Positions 19,692 to 29,900 of a stretch of DNA of 56,537 bases are shown here, in pieces. The notes under the pieces are model-generated. The model saw only the letters and a list, made by a program, of their open reading frames with translations. It was not told the DNA's origin and did no database searches. Location of the stretch: positions 1 through 56,537 of the forward strand of contig JAHQXB010000082.1 of NCBI GenBank assembly GCA_029856435.1, read 5' to 3'. Positions within the stretch are counted from its first letter, which is position 1. Each line of letters opens with the position of its first letter. Both the position numbers and the translations under genes were made by a program. This DNA is from Candidatus Jordarchaeia archaeon (GTDB lineage Archaea; Asgardarchaeota; Jordiarchaeia; Jordiarchaeales; Jordiarchaeaceae).

Positions 19692-20324
19692 ATGAGCAGA
19701 GACAATAAAATTAACGATAATATTTATGTAAGCGGCACGACCACTTTGGGAATCGTCTGTAAGGACGGAGTAATACTGGCAACAGAATCCCAAGCCACCA
19801 TGGGCAACATAGTGGCCAACATAACCGCCCCCAAAATATACAAAATAGCCCCCCGAATATCCATGACCATCTCCGGTGGCGTCGCCGATTGCCAGCAGGT
19901 AGCAAAAATAATGTCCGCAAACCTAGCCCTCAGAAAACACGAAATAGGAAGAGACGTCACCGTAAAAGCCGCAGCAAACCTCATGTCCGTACTACTATAC
20001 CAAAACCGAATCAACCCATACATAACTATGCCAGTCTTGGGAGGAGTAGACGAAACAGGCCCGCACATCTACACCCTAGACCCCTTAGGAAGCCTACTGG
20101 AAGAACCAAAATTCGGAGCAACCGGATCAGGATCCGTAATAGCCTACGGAGTACTGGAAGACGAATACAAAGACGGAATCACAGTAGAAGAAGCAAAAGA
20201 CCTAGCCATAAGAGCAGTAAAAGCAGCCAAAGCCCGGGACACAGCTTCAGGAGGCAGAATCCAAATACACAAAATAACCAAAGAGGGAGTCGAAGAAATA
20301 ATAATCGAAGACAAACAAAAATAA
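19692..20324 (+). CDS. psmB: Proteasome subunit beta
   Basis: Propeptide followed by G|TTTLG, SGGVADCQ, GSGS..AYGVLE, RDTASGG. Confidence 0.95.
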   Translation: MSRDNKINDNIYVSGTTTLGIVCKDGVILATESQATMGNIVANITAPKIYKIAPRISMTISGGVADCQQVAKIMSANLALRKHEIGRDVTVKAAANLMSVLLYQNRINPYITMPVLGGVDETGPHIYTLDPLGSLLEEPKFGATGSGSVIAYGVLEDEYKDGITVEEAKDLAIRAVKAAKARDTASGGRIQIHKITKEGVEEIIIEDKQK

Positions 20325-21547
20325 TAAAGTGAAGCTACAGGCCACTCTCCCCCCAAAGACGAGAGAAAACAAAAAATGGGTAATAAAAAACCAATGGAAC
20401 CTATCCCCCACAAAAAAGCTCTAAAACAATTAGAGGAGCCGCAGTAAAATTCCCCCCCACAGAAGCATAGAACTACACAACCTCTGGTAGGTTAGTGGAA
20501 CACAAATCATTTATACACCTTAATTTACTGTGATAGAAAAACTAGGGGTAACTTTCTAACTCACCAAAAAAGAGTCCACCTTTCTTTCTGTTTTAACAAT
20601 TAAGTCCGCTCCTTGAAAAATTAAGCGAGGTCGCTCTTAGCAAAAGAAGTCGCCCCCCTTATTGTAGCTGACACTACACAGCAGAAAAATTGGGAGCCTT
20701 TAACCCCTTAAATTGCTGATTCGTGTAATTGCAATTATTTATATCTTCTCTTTGAAAACTGAACATTTGAAAAGTAAATTTAAAAATATTATGATAAAAC
20801 GTTCATTTTTCATAATAATTAAAATAATAATTAAAACAATTTTAAAATTCGTTAAAATAAGCAAGGGAAATAAATTGAGTATGTTAAATAATGGGTCATC
20901 CCACATGGGAAAAGTGAACGTCAGGGAAGCCCTCGCGCCCATACGCCCACACCAAAACAAAAAAAGAAGACCAACAACGACAATGCAAGTGAGGGGGGAA
21001 AGCGATTAGTGAGCTTAGTGTGGACTTCGTGGCGTGAGGTTCAACTTCCCCAATATGTAATTTGTACTTTATAAATAAAAATCTTTCTGTTGATTGAGGG
21101 GAGCTTGAATTCTTGGAGCGTGAGTTCTCTCCATACTGTTTCTTTAATCTTCTTGAATCGGGGGAGGTGGTGGAGTTGTTCAGGGTTGGTTCCCTCAAAA
21201 AACTTCTTCGACTGACATACCCCCATTTAGACAAAAAGAGGCCAGTTAAACCTAACCCTCAAAAAACATAATTATTACATTGTGCCGTTTTCGGTCTTCT
21301 GTTCATTTCGCTCTGGTTTTTTGGTGTTTTTATTGTTTTCTTGTTTAAACTAGTGGTGCTTTGTGCCTTTTTTTGGCCCTTTTTTATATAGAAGCCTATA
21401 TTTTTTGAGTTATGTATGTATTAGTTGTGTGTTACTCAATTTTTTATCTCGTTTTCGGGTAGATTCCTTAACTGTAAGCTGTAGTTGCTTGTGGTTTGGA
21501 GGATTCCTTTTATGCTTGAGGAGAATTCTCATAGGTCGATTTTTGGC

Positions 21548-22069
21548 ATGGCCAGTGATAACCCCAATTCTCCGTCTTCCTCTTCCTCTACTTCTAATTC
21601 TCCGTCTGGCTCTTCAAGCGTTTCTGGTCATAGTTGGGGTTACGGTTCTGGTGTCGGTTCAAATTCGGGTAAGGGTGATGTGTTGAAGAGATTGATTGGG
21701 GGGGATATGTGTAAGAGAGCTATTTTTGATGTTTTGAGTAGTGGGAGTTGGTGTACGGTTTTTGAGTTGTGCCGTGTTGCGCGTAGTTGGGATCGGAGTG
21801 TGGGTCTGGTGCGTGTAAGCACTATTTTGACCCAGTCTCAGCAGGTTTTGGGCTCTGATTTTTTGGAGTGTAGGACGGGGCAAGATACTACAGAGTGGCG
21901 TATTAACCCCGACTTTTTGCGTACCGTTGCCGGCGTTCTTTCTGAGGTTAAAGCTGGTGAGGTTAGGTTGGATTCTAGGACCTCTGAGGGTGTGAAGGAG
22001 TATGGCGCGAAGCCTTCCGGCGGTCTCTTACGCAGCCTATTGAGCAGGGCTTCCCAGGATACGGATTAA
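21548..22069 (+). CDS. Hypothetical protein: Ser-rich disordered N-terminus plus probable winged-helix domain
   Basis: Start placed at ATG 21548; KRAIFDVLSSGSWCTVFELCRVAR...VGLVRVSTIL is wHTH-like. Confidence 0.55.
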   Translation: MASDNPNSPSSSSSTSNSPSGSSSVSGHSWGYGSGVGSNSGKGDVLKRLIGGDMCKRAIFDVLSSGSWCTVFELCRVARSWDRSVGLVRVSTILTQSQQVLGSDFLECRTGQDTTEWRINPDFLRTVAGVLSEVKAGEVRLDSRTSEGVKEYGAKPSGGLLRSLLSRASQDTD

Positions 22070-22205
22070 CATTTCTGAAATTTCTGTTTTTAATTTTCAA
22101 CTTCTTGAGTTTAGGGCCGTTTTGCCCCGGATTTTGAGCTTTTTTGGGTTAATTTTTTATGTTTTGTTTTATGTGTTTTTTATAGTTTATGGGTTGGATT
22201 TTTGC

Positions 22206-22454
22206 ATGGTCAGGATTACTGTGGATCCAGATAAGTGTAGAGGTGAGGGTGTTTGTAAGGCTGTGTGTCCAAAGGGGTCTCGAATCTATAAAATTGTGAA
22301 TTTTTGGGGCAGGAGTTTGGCTGTGGTTGTGGATGAGAGTAGTTGTTTGGGTTGTAAGATGTGTGTTTCGCGTTGCCCCTTTGATGCTATAAGAATTGAT
22401 TTTAAGAAGCCATCTCGGGTTGGGGAGGTTAAATTTAGACTCGCCGGTTTTTGA
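22206..22454 (+). CDS. Dicluster ferredoxin
   Basis: CRGEGVCKAVCP and CLGCKMCVSRCP; start placed at ATG 22206. Confidence 0.85.
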   Translation: MVRITVDPDKCRGEGVCKAVCPKGSRIYKIVNFWGRSLAVVVDESSCLGCKMCVSRCPFDAIRIDFKKPSRVGEVKFRLAGF

Positions 22455-22574
22455 TTCGTGCTTAGTGTGTGTTTTTTGGGCTTGTTTTTTCTGGTTTTTT
22501 GTGGTTTTTGTTTTGTTGGGTTAATGTTTTAAGTTTCTTTGTGGTTGTTAGTTTAGAATCCTGGGAGTGCGATT

Positions 22575-23522
22575 ATGGTTTACGATAGATATGGGAGGCC
22601 TATTAGGGATATTCGGGTTTCCCTTACCCATCGTTGCAATCTTAGGTGTATTTATTGTCATGGTGAAGGTGAGCTTGATCCTAGTGGCGAGTTGGAGGCT
22701 TATGAGATTGAGAGAATTGTGGGGGTGGCGGCGGGTGAGGGTATTAGGCGGGTGAAGTTGACTGGTGGGGAGCCCTTGCTGCGAAGGGACATTTTCGAAT
22801 TGGTGGAGAGGGTTTCCTCAGTTCCTGGAATTGAGGAAGTTTCCATGACTACTAATGCTACCCTGCTTGCAGATAAGGCCTGTGAATTGAGAGAGGTGGG
22901 GTTGAAGAGGGTGAATGTGAGTTTGGATTCCTTGGTTCCTGAGAGATATAGGGAAATTACTGGGTTTGATGAGTTGAACTCTGTACTGCGTGGGGTTGAT
23001 GAGGCTTTGGCGGCGGGGCTTAGCCCCATTAAGCTTAATATGGTTTTATTGAGGGGGTTGAATGAAAACGAGTTTTGGGATTTGGTGCGTTTTTCCAAAA
23101 GTAAGGGCGCCATTCTGCAGGTGATTGAGCTTGTGGATTTGGGAAATGAGGTATTCCAGCGTTTTCACGTGGATGTGAAGCCCTTAGAGGAAGAGTTGGG
23201 AAGCTATGCAGAAAGGGTGGTTACCCGGAGAAGTATGCAAAACAGAAAAAAGTACTTTCTGCCCGGTGGTGCAGAGGTGGAAGTTGTTAGACCAGTACAT
23301 AACAGCGATTTTTGCTCAAACTGTACCCGTATACGCCTCACAAGTGATGGTAAATTAAAACCCTGCCTTATGCGTAGCGACAACCTTATTGACATTATAG
23401 GTCCCCTCAGAAGAGGGGCGGATTCTAAAACTCTCAGGGAACTGTTTCTAAAAGCAGTTGAACTACGCGAGCCCTATTACGGAGCTAAGGGTGTGAGTCG
23501 CTTACCCAAATGTTCTCAGTGA
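22575..23522 (+). CDS. moaA: GTP 3',8-cyclase MoaA
   Basis: DRYGR, CNLRCIYC, LTGGEP, FCSNCTRIRLTSDGKLKPCL. Confidence 0.95.
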   Translation: MVYDRYGRPIRDIRVSLTHRCNLRCIYCHGEGELDPSGELEAYEIERIVGVAAGEGIRRVKLTGGEPLLRRDIFELVERVSSVPGIEEVSMTTNATLLADKACELREVGLKRVNVSLDSLVPERYREITGFDELNSVLRGVDEALAAGLSPIKLNMVLLRGLNENEFWDLVRFSKSKGAILQVIELVDLGNEVFQRFHVDVKPLEEELGSYAERVVTRRSMQNRKKYFLPGGAEVEVVRPVHNSDFCSNCTRIRLTSDGKLKPCLMRSDNLIDIIGPLRRGADSKTLRELFLKAVELREPYYGAKGVSRLPKCSQ

Positions 23523-23690
23523 TAAATATGCTCCGCCTTCAATGTTTGGCAATGGTGAATTGATTTGGTGCGGGTCTTTTCTAAATTTTTTCAGCAGGCA
23601 AATTTAGTTTTTTATTATGGGCTCATCTAATTTGCTTTCCTAATGTCGTTTTTTGGCTTATTTAAAGTGTGGGGTGTGATGGGGGGTTGG

Positions 23691-24809
23691 CTAAATGGCT
23701 TTTTTGAGTAGCTCCATTAGGTCGACTAGTTTTATTTTTGAGTCTGTGTATCTTATGGCTCTGTCGAAGTTGAATTCACAGATGGGACAGATTGTTACCA
23801 GCATTTCCGCTCCTGTGGCTTCTGCTTCTTTTATTCTTTTCTCCGCTATTTTTACTGCAACCTCTGGGTAAGCAGCCATCATTCCTCCTCCAGCTCCGCA
23901 GCACTTTGCGTCGAACCTGTTATGTTCCATCTCTACTAGTTCCAGTCCGGGTATGCTGCTTAGAATTTTGCGTGGGTCCTCTGTTACCCTCATGTGTCTA
24001 CCAAGGTGGCAGGGGTCATGATAGGTTACTATGGAATTCACGGGTTTGGTTGGTTTTATTTTTCCCTCATCTATCAGTTTTGCCACCAGCTGTGTTATGT
24101 GTTCCACTTCTATGTCGAAGTTGCTGAAGTGTTTGGGATAATCCTCGGCGAAAATCTTGTAGCATCCCGGACAGCCGGTGACTATTCTTTTTACCCCAGC
24201 TTTTCGGAAGGCCTCTATGTTCTTTTTTCCAGTTTCCGTGAAGTCTTCTAAGAAGCCGGTTGTGAGCATTAGGTTTCCACAGCAATACTCGTCATTGCCC
24301 AGGCAATTCAGTTTCAACCCAATACCTGTGAGTGTCTGGGCTGTGGTTCTCAACCAGTCTGGGAAAATGTAGGGGTAAGTGCATCCAGCGTAAAGTAGGG
24401 TATCCGCCGACTTTGAGAATGGGATATCCTTAGCCCAAATCTCCCTCTCATTTCTAGGTTTCAGGTAGGGGTTGCCGTTCCTCTTAATCCCCTCTATTAT
24501 CCTCTCATGATACTGGTCCTTGAAGCCTGCTTCCACCAGATCTGCTCTGAGAGCCTCAATGATTTCCACATTCCTTAATGCGCAACGTGAGCCACAATAG
24601 TTGCAGGTTGCACACAGGTTTACACAGTCTAGAAGCTCCTTACTGGGTTTCAAGACGCCTTCAAGCAGTCCTCTGGCTATGAGCATTTTTCCACGGCAAG
24701 AGTAGGATTCAAATCCCTTCTCCTGATATACGGGGCACTCGTTTCTACAGAATCCGCAGCGGGTGCGATTACAGGTATATATATCCTCCTCGTACTCTTC
24801 TATATGCAT
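23691..24809 (-). CDS. Fe-S oxidoreductase (GlpC/GlcF/HdrD-like, CCG domains)
   Basis: Two ferredoxin-type Cys motifs, EYCCG, YHDPCHLGR, CCGAGGG. Confidence 0.9.
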   Translation of the reverse strand: MHIEEYEEDIYTCNRTRCGFCRNECPVYQEKGFESYSCRGKMLIARGLLEGVLKPSKELLDCVNLCATCNYCGSRCALRNVEIIEALRADLVEAGFKDQYHERIIEGIKRNGNPYLKPRNEREIWAKDIPFSKSADTLLYAGCTYPYIFPDWLRTTAQTLTGIGLKLNCLGNDEYCCGNLMLTTGFLEDFTETGKKNIEAFRKAGVKRIVTGCPGCYKIFAEDYPKHFSNFDIEVEHITQLVAKLIDEGKIKPTKPVNSIVTYHDPCHLGRHMRVTEDPRKILSSIPGLELVEMEHNRFDAKCCGAGGGMMAAYPEVAVKIAEKRIKEAEATGAEMLVTICPICEFNFDRAIRYTDSKIKLVDLMELLKKAI

Positions 24810-24863
24810 TGCTACTTCACCACCTTGGGCTTTTAATTTTGATTAATTCCTCCTCGCATTATG

Positions 24864-26330
24864 CTACTTTCTTGGTGTTATCCAGCAGGATTCGAATTTT
24901 TTACCGGGGTTCATTATGTTCTGGGGGTCGAATACCTCCTTGATTTTTTTCATGTACTTCAGTGCTTTGCCGTGCTCGTATTCGTTGAAGCCTCCCAGTC
25001 GGTCTCCGTCTCCTATGTAGGTGCTCATTGTTCCTTCTAGGTCAACGGCCATTTTACTCATTTCTTCAACGTATTTGTAGAAGCGCTTCACCTCGTCGGG
25101 ATCGGTGTCGTCCACGAAGACTGCGAAGCTTATGCTGGGGCTTATGCGGTTAGGTCTCTCATTGTATACGCACATTCCCAAGACTTCCATTTCGTTTTTT
25201 TCTGCTATTTTTAGGAATTTTTGGTATGCTTCTTCTATTCTCCCTACGGGTATGCCTAGGTCTGCGGCTCCAAACTTTTTCCTTCTCTGGGAGTCGGGCC
25301 ATTTTTGTTTGAAGGGTTCGAATTTGAGCGTGTGTTTGCTTGTCCACCATCCGTCGATTATTTCCTTCTCCTTCACCTTTTGTCCCCCACATCCCTCTAG
25401 TATTTTTAGGGCGTACTCGTGTGAGAACTTTACTACTTCTTCGTCTCCATTGAATGAAACGAATAGCAATGCTTCGGCCCACTCCGGAATGTCTGGCTCT
25501 CTCTTATACTTTTCTCGGTAGGCGTGGGTGTAGAATCCCAAGCGTCTTTTACAATTTATATGCGCGCTTTCTATGCTTAGGCCTGCTTGGAGGAGCCTTT
25601 TTAGGGCGTTTATTGCTTCGGATATGGATTTGAAGACCACTGCTTCCACTTTTCTAGTTTGAGGTTTTGGGAAGACTTTTAGTGTAGCTTCTGTGACGAT
25701 TCCCAGTGTGCCTTCTGCTCCGATTAGTAGCCAGTGTAGTTTGTATCCTGAGGAGGTGCATAGTGCTTTTCGGTGTCCTACTCTCAAGATTTCTCCGGTT
25801 CCTGTTACGAGTACTGCGTTGAGGAGGTAGTCTCCCAGTTTGCCGTATTTTATTCCGAAGGTGCTGTCGTTGTCGCAGGATATGGCGGCTCCTACTGTTG
25901 AGGCGGGCTTACTCTCTGGATCGTGGGGCCACCATAGGCCGTGTTTTTCGAGTTCCTGGTTCAGGGCTAGGATGGTTATTCCCACCTGTGTGGTTACGGT
26001 TAAGTTCTCCTTGTCTATTTCCAAAATTTTGTTGAGGCCTTTGGTGTCTATGGTTATGCCGCCTTTTATTGGTGAAACGCCTCCGCCCATTCCTGTTCCT
26101 CCTGCGAAGGGGACTATTGGAATCCTGTATTTGTATGCGATTTTTACTACTTCTGCTACTTCCTCTGTGGTTGAGGGTACTACGACTAAGTCTGGTAGTT
26201 GGGCTTCTTTTGCGTTTCTGGGGGACCAGTCTCTGCTGTAGGTCATTCTGTGGAACTTCTCTGTGGAAACTTTTTCCTCTCCTATTCTTTGTGCTATTTC
26301 CTCAGCGGCCTTTTGGATTTCCAAAACCAT
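24864..26330 (-). CDS. FAD-binding oxidoreductase (GlcD / D-lactate dehydrogenase family)
   Basis: PFAGGTGMGGG, HDPES...STVGAAI, GAEGTLGIVTE, EHG, FDPQNIMNPGK. Confidence 0.9.
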   Translation of the reverse strand: MVLEIQKAAEEIAQRIGEEKVSTEKFHRMTYSRDWSPRNAKEAQLPDLVVVPSTTEEVAEVVKIAYKYRIPIVPFAGGTGMGGGVSPIKGGITIDTKGLNKILEIDKENLTVTTQVGITILALNQELEKHGLWWPHDPESKPASTVGAAISCDNDSTFGIKYGKLGDYLLNAVLVTGTGEILRVGHRKALCTSSGYKLHWLLIGAEGTLGIVTEATLKVFPKPQTRKVEAVVFKSISEAINALKRLLQAGLSIESAHINCKRRLGFYTHAYREKYKREPDIPEWAEALLFVSFNGDEEVVKFSHEYALKILEGCGGQKVKEKEIIDGWWTSKHTLKFEPFKQKWPDSQRRKKFGAADLGIPVGRIEEAYQKFLKIAEKNEMEVLGMCVYNERPNRISPSISFAVFVDDTDPDEVKRFYKYVEEMSKMAVDLEGTMSTYIGDGDRLGGFNEYEHGKALKYMKKIKEVFDPQNIMNPGKKFESCWITPRK

Positions 26331-26565
26331 TTAAATTCCCCTTTTAAGTAATCTTGATTACTCCTATGAAACAATAAATAATTTTTTATAAGTGGTGAGC
26401 GCTTCATTTTTGAAGTTTTCTATGCGCCTTAACACTTTTTAAATCAGCATATATTTATTTCCTACCCTCTTTAGGGAGTAGGGACTAAGTGTCTATTTGG
26501 CCCAAATTTCACCGCTAAGTTTTTTATAGAGTATATGATATATTTCTCATCAGATAAGAGTTGAG

Positions 26566-27138
26566 GTGGACGTGTCGCTTAAAACGAGGATTTCTAGTTT
26601 TGAATTTTTGAGTGAGGTGAACCTTTTGAGAAGTGAGTCCCTAATTAAGGATATGAACAGAATCATTCTAGAATTTAATGACACCCGACAGAAGTACGAC
26701 TCTGAGGTCGCAAGACTTTCAGAAGCATTGTCCTCTATTGTAACATCCAGTACAGATGGTGAGAAATTAAAAAACGGAGAAAAGGCACTGGACTGCATAT
26801 TTGACACCGACGAACACCTGTTCAATTTTGAAAGAATATTAACGGACTTAATTAGTTTAGAAATGGTGAAAAACCGTGTTCAAACTATGACTTCAAAGTT
26901 TATTTCCATTGTTAGGTCTCAGAGGGAGCTTCTTGGTGAGCTTCAAAAAAATATTAAAAACTACTTGAAAGTTAGCGACAACTCTGACCTGGCAGATATT
27001 GCTGAGAAGGATCTTAAAAAGAGTTCAGAATTATTTAATAAGAAGGTTTTAGAAACCAGAAAGGAAAGCGAGAACTTGTCTTCCCTACTCAGAGAGAGGT
27101 ACGAAAAAATCCGCTCAGGTCAATCCCAATATATTTAG
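26566..27138 (+). CDS. Hypothetical coiled-coil protein
   Basis: 190-aa ORF rich in heptad-like L/E/K; stop abuts the convergent operon. Confidence 0.6.
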   Translation: MDVSLKTRISSFEFLSEVNLLRSESLIKDMNRIILEFNDTRQKYDSEVARLSEALSSIVTSSTDGEKLKNGEKALDCIFDTDEHLFNFERILTDLISLEMVKNRVQTMTSKFISIVRSQRELLGELQKNIKNYLKVSDNSDLADIAEKDLKKSSELFNKKVLETRKESENLSSLLRERYEKIRSGQSQYI

Positions 27139-27139
27139 A

Positions 27140-28558
27140 TTACTCTCTTTTCTTTTCCTTCTTTTCCTTCGATTTTTCCTCCTTCCTCGTCTGCCTTTTT
27201 CCATACTCTTTAACAAGGCCTATAATGAATGCAGCCATAGGGAAGGAGAAGGCTATCGGTAATAGTAAAACTAGGACTACTTCGGGTTGGGAAACCTCAA
27301 TACTTTCGATGACACTCAAGGGTGCTCCGAACTGTTTTAGAGCTAGGAGCGCCGCGAAACATATGAAGGAGAAGAGAATCACTCCTCCAACGCGGAGCAA
27401 GGTGCCTACAATAGCTGAGCGGGTTACTTTACCGAACCCTGGAGCAGCTGCTACTGCGGTAAGCGTTTCTCTTGCTCCAGGTATCTCAGTATAAATCTTT
27501 TCCACATATGCTTGAAGCCTCCTTATGTCATGCACCGCCTCTTTTTCCACTTTTTTCTTTCTAAAAATTTTCATTTCGATAATATTTCTTAGAAAATTGA
27601 TAGCCTCTTCACTAAGTGTGGATGGAATTTTTGGGGCTTCTCTCCCCCCATCTGTAGCCAACTCCTCTGGTGCCAGAGCTATTTCTTCCACAACTTTTAG
27701 CTGCTCTTCAATCAATTTTCTTCTCTCAAGCGCCGGAGAAGTAACCTCATCCATGTAAATTACTTGAAAGCCAATCTCCACATAAAGGTAGGATATAAGC
27801 GCCGAAAAGAAAAGTGGTGAAGTTAAAAATGAGATGGCAGCTCCGGTAACTCCCCCATATAGTACCTGGATAAAGAAGGAGGTAGAGCTGAAGAATAGGG
27901 TATTACTGGGTAGCCCCATATTCACTATTTGGGTTAGGGCTGCCAGTCCCAAAGTTGACTGCAAACAAATAAATGAGGAGATAAGATATTTCATTTTTAT
28001 CTTCCAGATAAAGACAATACCAGTAATGAGGGCTACAAAAAGCAGTAGAGGAAACAGGAAATAATATACTGACCATAAAGTGGTTGTGGCTAAATCGCCC
28101 AAAACAATGGTCCAAAGGCTGGGCCAAAATAAATACTCCCATTGGAAGGAGGTTAGGAGAAGGCTCAGAGGATAGGGATAAAACCAAATTTTAGAGGTGA
28201 AGAGCTCCCCAAAGAACTCCAGTGCCCAAATGTTTTCGTAAAAGTTGGAAGACAGCTGGGCCAGCGGCGGCAGAAAAATCTGGCCGGTCATTTTATCGAG
28301 CTCCCTGACCATAATTGAAAAAATAAAATCCACTAGTCGCCAGAGATCTCCCACAAATATTCCAAAGTTATTGGGGCTCCAGACTTCAACAACTTTGTAG
28401 AGTGTGTACCAAGTGTTGGAGCTTCCATCGTAGAAGTGAACTTCTTGGAGGGCATGGGACCAAACATTCGTCAGAACCACTAGTAGGGAGCCCAAAAAAG
28501 ACAGTGCGGCCACAATTTTCAGTGACAATTTGAAACGTGTACTATCCATAAGTATCAC
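27140..28558 (-). CDS. Membrane protein, last gene of the MoxR operon
   Basis: Multiple TM segments; overlaps the DUF58 stop by 4 nt. Confidence 0.75.
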   Translation of the reverse strand: MILMDSTRFKLSLKIVAALSFLGSLLVVLTNVWSHALQEVHFYDGSSNTWYTLYKVVEVWSPNNFGIFVGDLWRLVDFIFSIMVRELDKMTGQIFLPPLAQLSSNFYENIWALEFFGELFTSKIWFYPYPLSLLLTSFQWEYLFWPSLWTIVLGDLATTTLWSVYYFLFPLLLFVALITGIVFIWKIKMKYLISSFICLQSTLGLAALTQIVNMGLPSNTLFFSSTSFFIQVLYGGVTGAAISFLTSPLFFSALISYLYVEIGFQVIYMDEVTSPALERRKLIEEQLKVVEEIALAPEELATDGGREAPKIPSTLSEEAINFLRNIIEMKIFRKKKVEKEAVHDIRRLQAYVEKIYTEIPGARETLTAVAAAPGFGKVTRSAIVGTLLRVGGVILFSFICFAALLALKQFGAPLSVIESIEVSQPEVVLVLLLPIAFSFPMAAFIIGLVKEYGKRQTRKEEKSKEKKEKKRE

Positions 28559-29877
28559 CTCAGCGCCACACCCTTCTTTTTGGCTTTAAGATACTGGCTA
28601 ACAACTGCAGGCAGAAAGTCGTCGGGTCCTACATCTATAACTTCTACATCCATTTTTACGAGCTCGTCCACCATTTTCTTCCTCTGCTCCAACAGTTCCT
28701 CAGAGATAGCCTCTGCTAAAGCTCTCTGAACCGGGGTCATCTCTCCAGGATAAGCCTCAAACCAGGGGCCGAAGGGCGAAATAACCATTAAATAGTTTTT
28801 GTTGGCGCGAGCAAGTTTACATGCCTCAATGATTTCCCCACTGGTTTCCTCAAGATCTGTGAGTAGTATAAAGAAACTCCTCTTCGGGGTACGCTTTAAA
28901 ACCCACTCCATGACCTCTCTCATACGTAGTCCGCCTTGGGGTTCCAAGTTGGCAAGAGCTTCCAAGATTTTGTAGAAGTATTCCTTTCCCAATCTTGGCT
29001 TAACATAACTGTGTACCTTGTTAGAGAAGGCCACTACCCCCACCTCATCTCTGCGCTCTAGTGCCAGCTTCGCCAGAAGGACCGCAGCTCTTATGGAGTA
29101 GTCAAGTTTTGTGTTGTCTGGAAGGCCTCCGCCCATGCTTATGCTGGTGTCCAGCAGTATTAAAATCTTGATGTTTTTCTCGGTTTCAAATTCCCTAACC
29201 ATTATTCCCCCAGTTTTTGCTGTTGCCTTCCAGTCGATTCTCCTATACTCATCCATGGGAAAATAGTTCCTTATTCCAAAGAATTCTGTTCCCATACCCT
29301 TTTGCTTAGTTTTGTGAATCCCGAATATGCGTCCCAGTGTTCTCCTTCCCCCCATAGCTTCCAATTTTCTTATGTCTTGATAGGAGGGATAAATTAAAAG
29401 CTCAGTGTAAATTTCGAATACTTTCTGCTCGAAGTGGAGGCCAAGCCTATCATGTACCACCAGTTTTACTGGTCCAATTTTATGTGTCCCTCTTCTTCGA
29501 CACTGCAAAACATAGGAGAAAACCTTTTCCTCACCCGGGTCAAGTCTGGTAGTCATTGTGCTCTTTCCCAGAACTAGGGTGAAGATCTCCGGGTAAGTGT
29601 CAAATACTTCCAGGTAGTCTATTCTCAAACTTCCCTTGTTTTTCACGGTCACTGTCACAAATACAAAGTCTTCCGAGAAAACCTTCTCTTTATCTATAGT
29701 TCTCGTTATTTCAATATTATCCAGATCCACGGCTAGCTCAAAGTAGGGCATGCTGATAACAGATCCCAGAATCAGTAAAATTCCTAGGAGCACCAAGTAG
29801 TAATTCACAGTGGAGAATCCAAATGCTAAACAAAAAACTCCGCTGACAATTACTACTCCACCCCTATTGGTAAGCAA
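28555..29877 (-). CDS. DUF58 domain protein
   Basis: GTEFFGIRNY..MDEYRRIDWKATAK, VREFE.E, LLDTSISM (vWA-like). Confidence 0.92.
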   Translation of the reverse strand: MLTNRGGVVIVSGVFCLAFGFSTVNYYLVLLGILLILGSVISMPYFELAVDLDNIEITRTIDKEKVFSEDFVFVTVTVKNKGSLRIDYLEVFDTYPEIFTLVLGKSTMTTRLDPGEEKVFSYVLQCRRRGTHKIGPVKLVVHDRLGLHFEQKVFEIYTELLIYPSYQDIRKLEAMGGRRTLGRIFGIHKTKQKGMGTEFFGIRNYFPMDEYRRIDWKATAKTGGIMVREFETEKNIKILILLDTSISMGGGLPDNTKLDYSIRAAVLLAKLALERRDEVGVVAFSNKVHSYVKPRLGKEYFYKILEALANLEPQGGLRMREVMEWVLKRTPKRSFFILLTDLEETSGEIIEACKLARANKNYLMVISPFGPWFEAYPGEMTPVQRALAEAISEELLEQRKKMVDELVKMDVEVIDVGPDDFLPAVVSQYLKAKKKGVALR

Positions 29878-29900
29878 ACCATTTGTCCCTCAAATCCCTT

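Noticed and set aside
950-20700. Recurrent TGGGAA/TTCCCA hexamer in intergenic regions
   Set aside because: Spacing is inconsistent, and enrichment cannot be judged without genome-wide counts.
20896-21234. Possible frameshifted gene with a TGA (…YWGS*TSR)
   Set aside because: It needs a frameshift, has no redox motif or recognisable family, and shows no SECIS-like hairpin; not supportable as a second selenoprotein.
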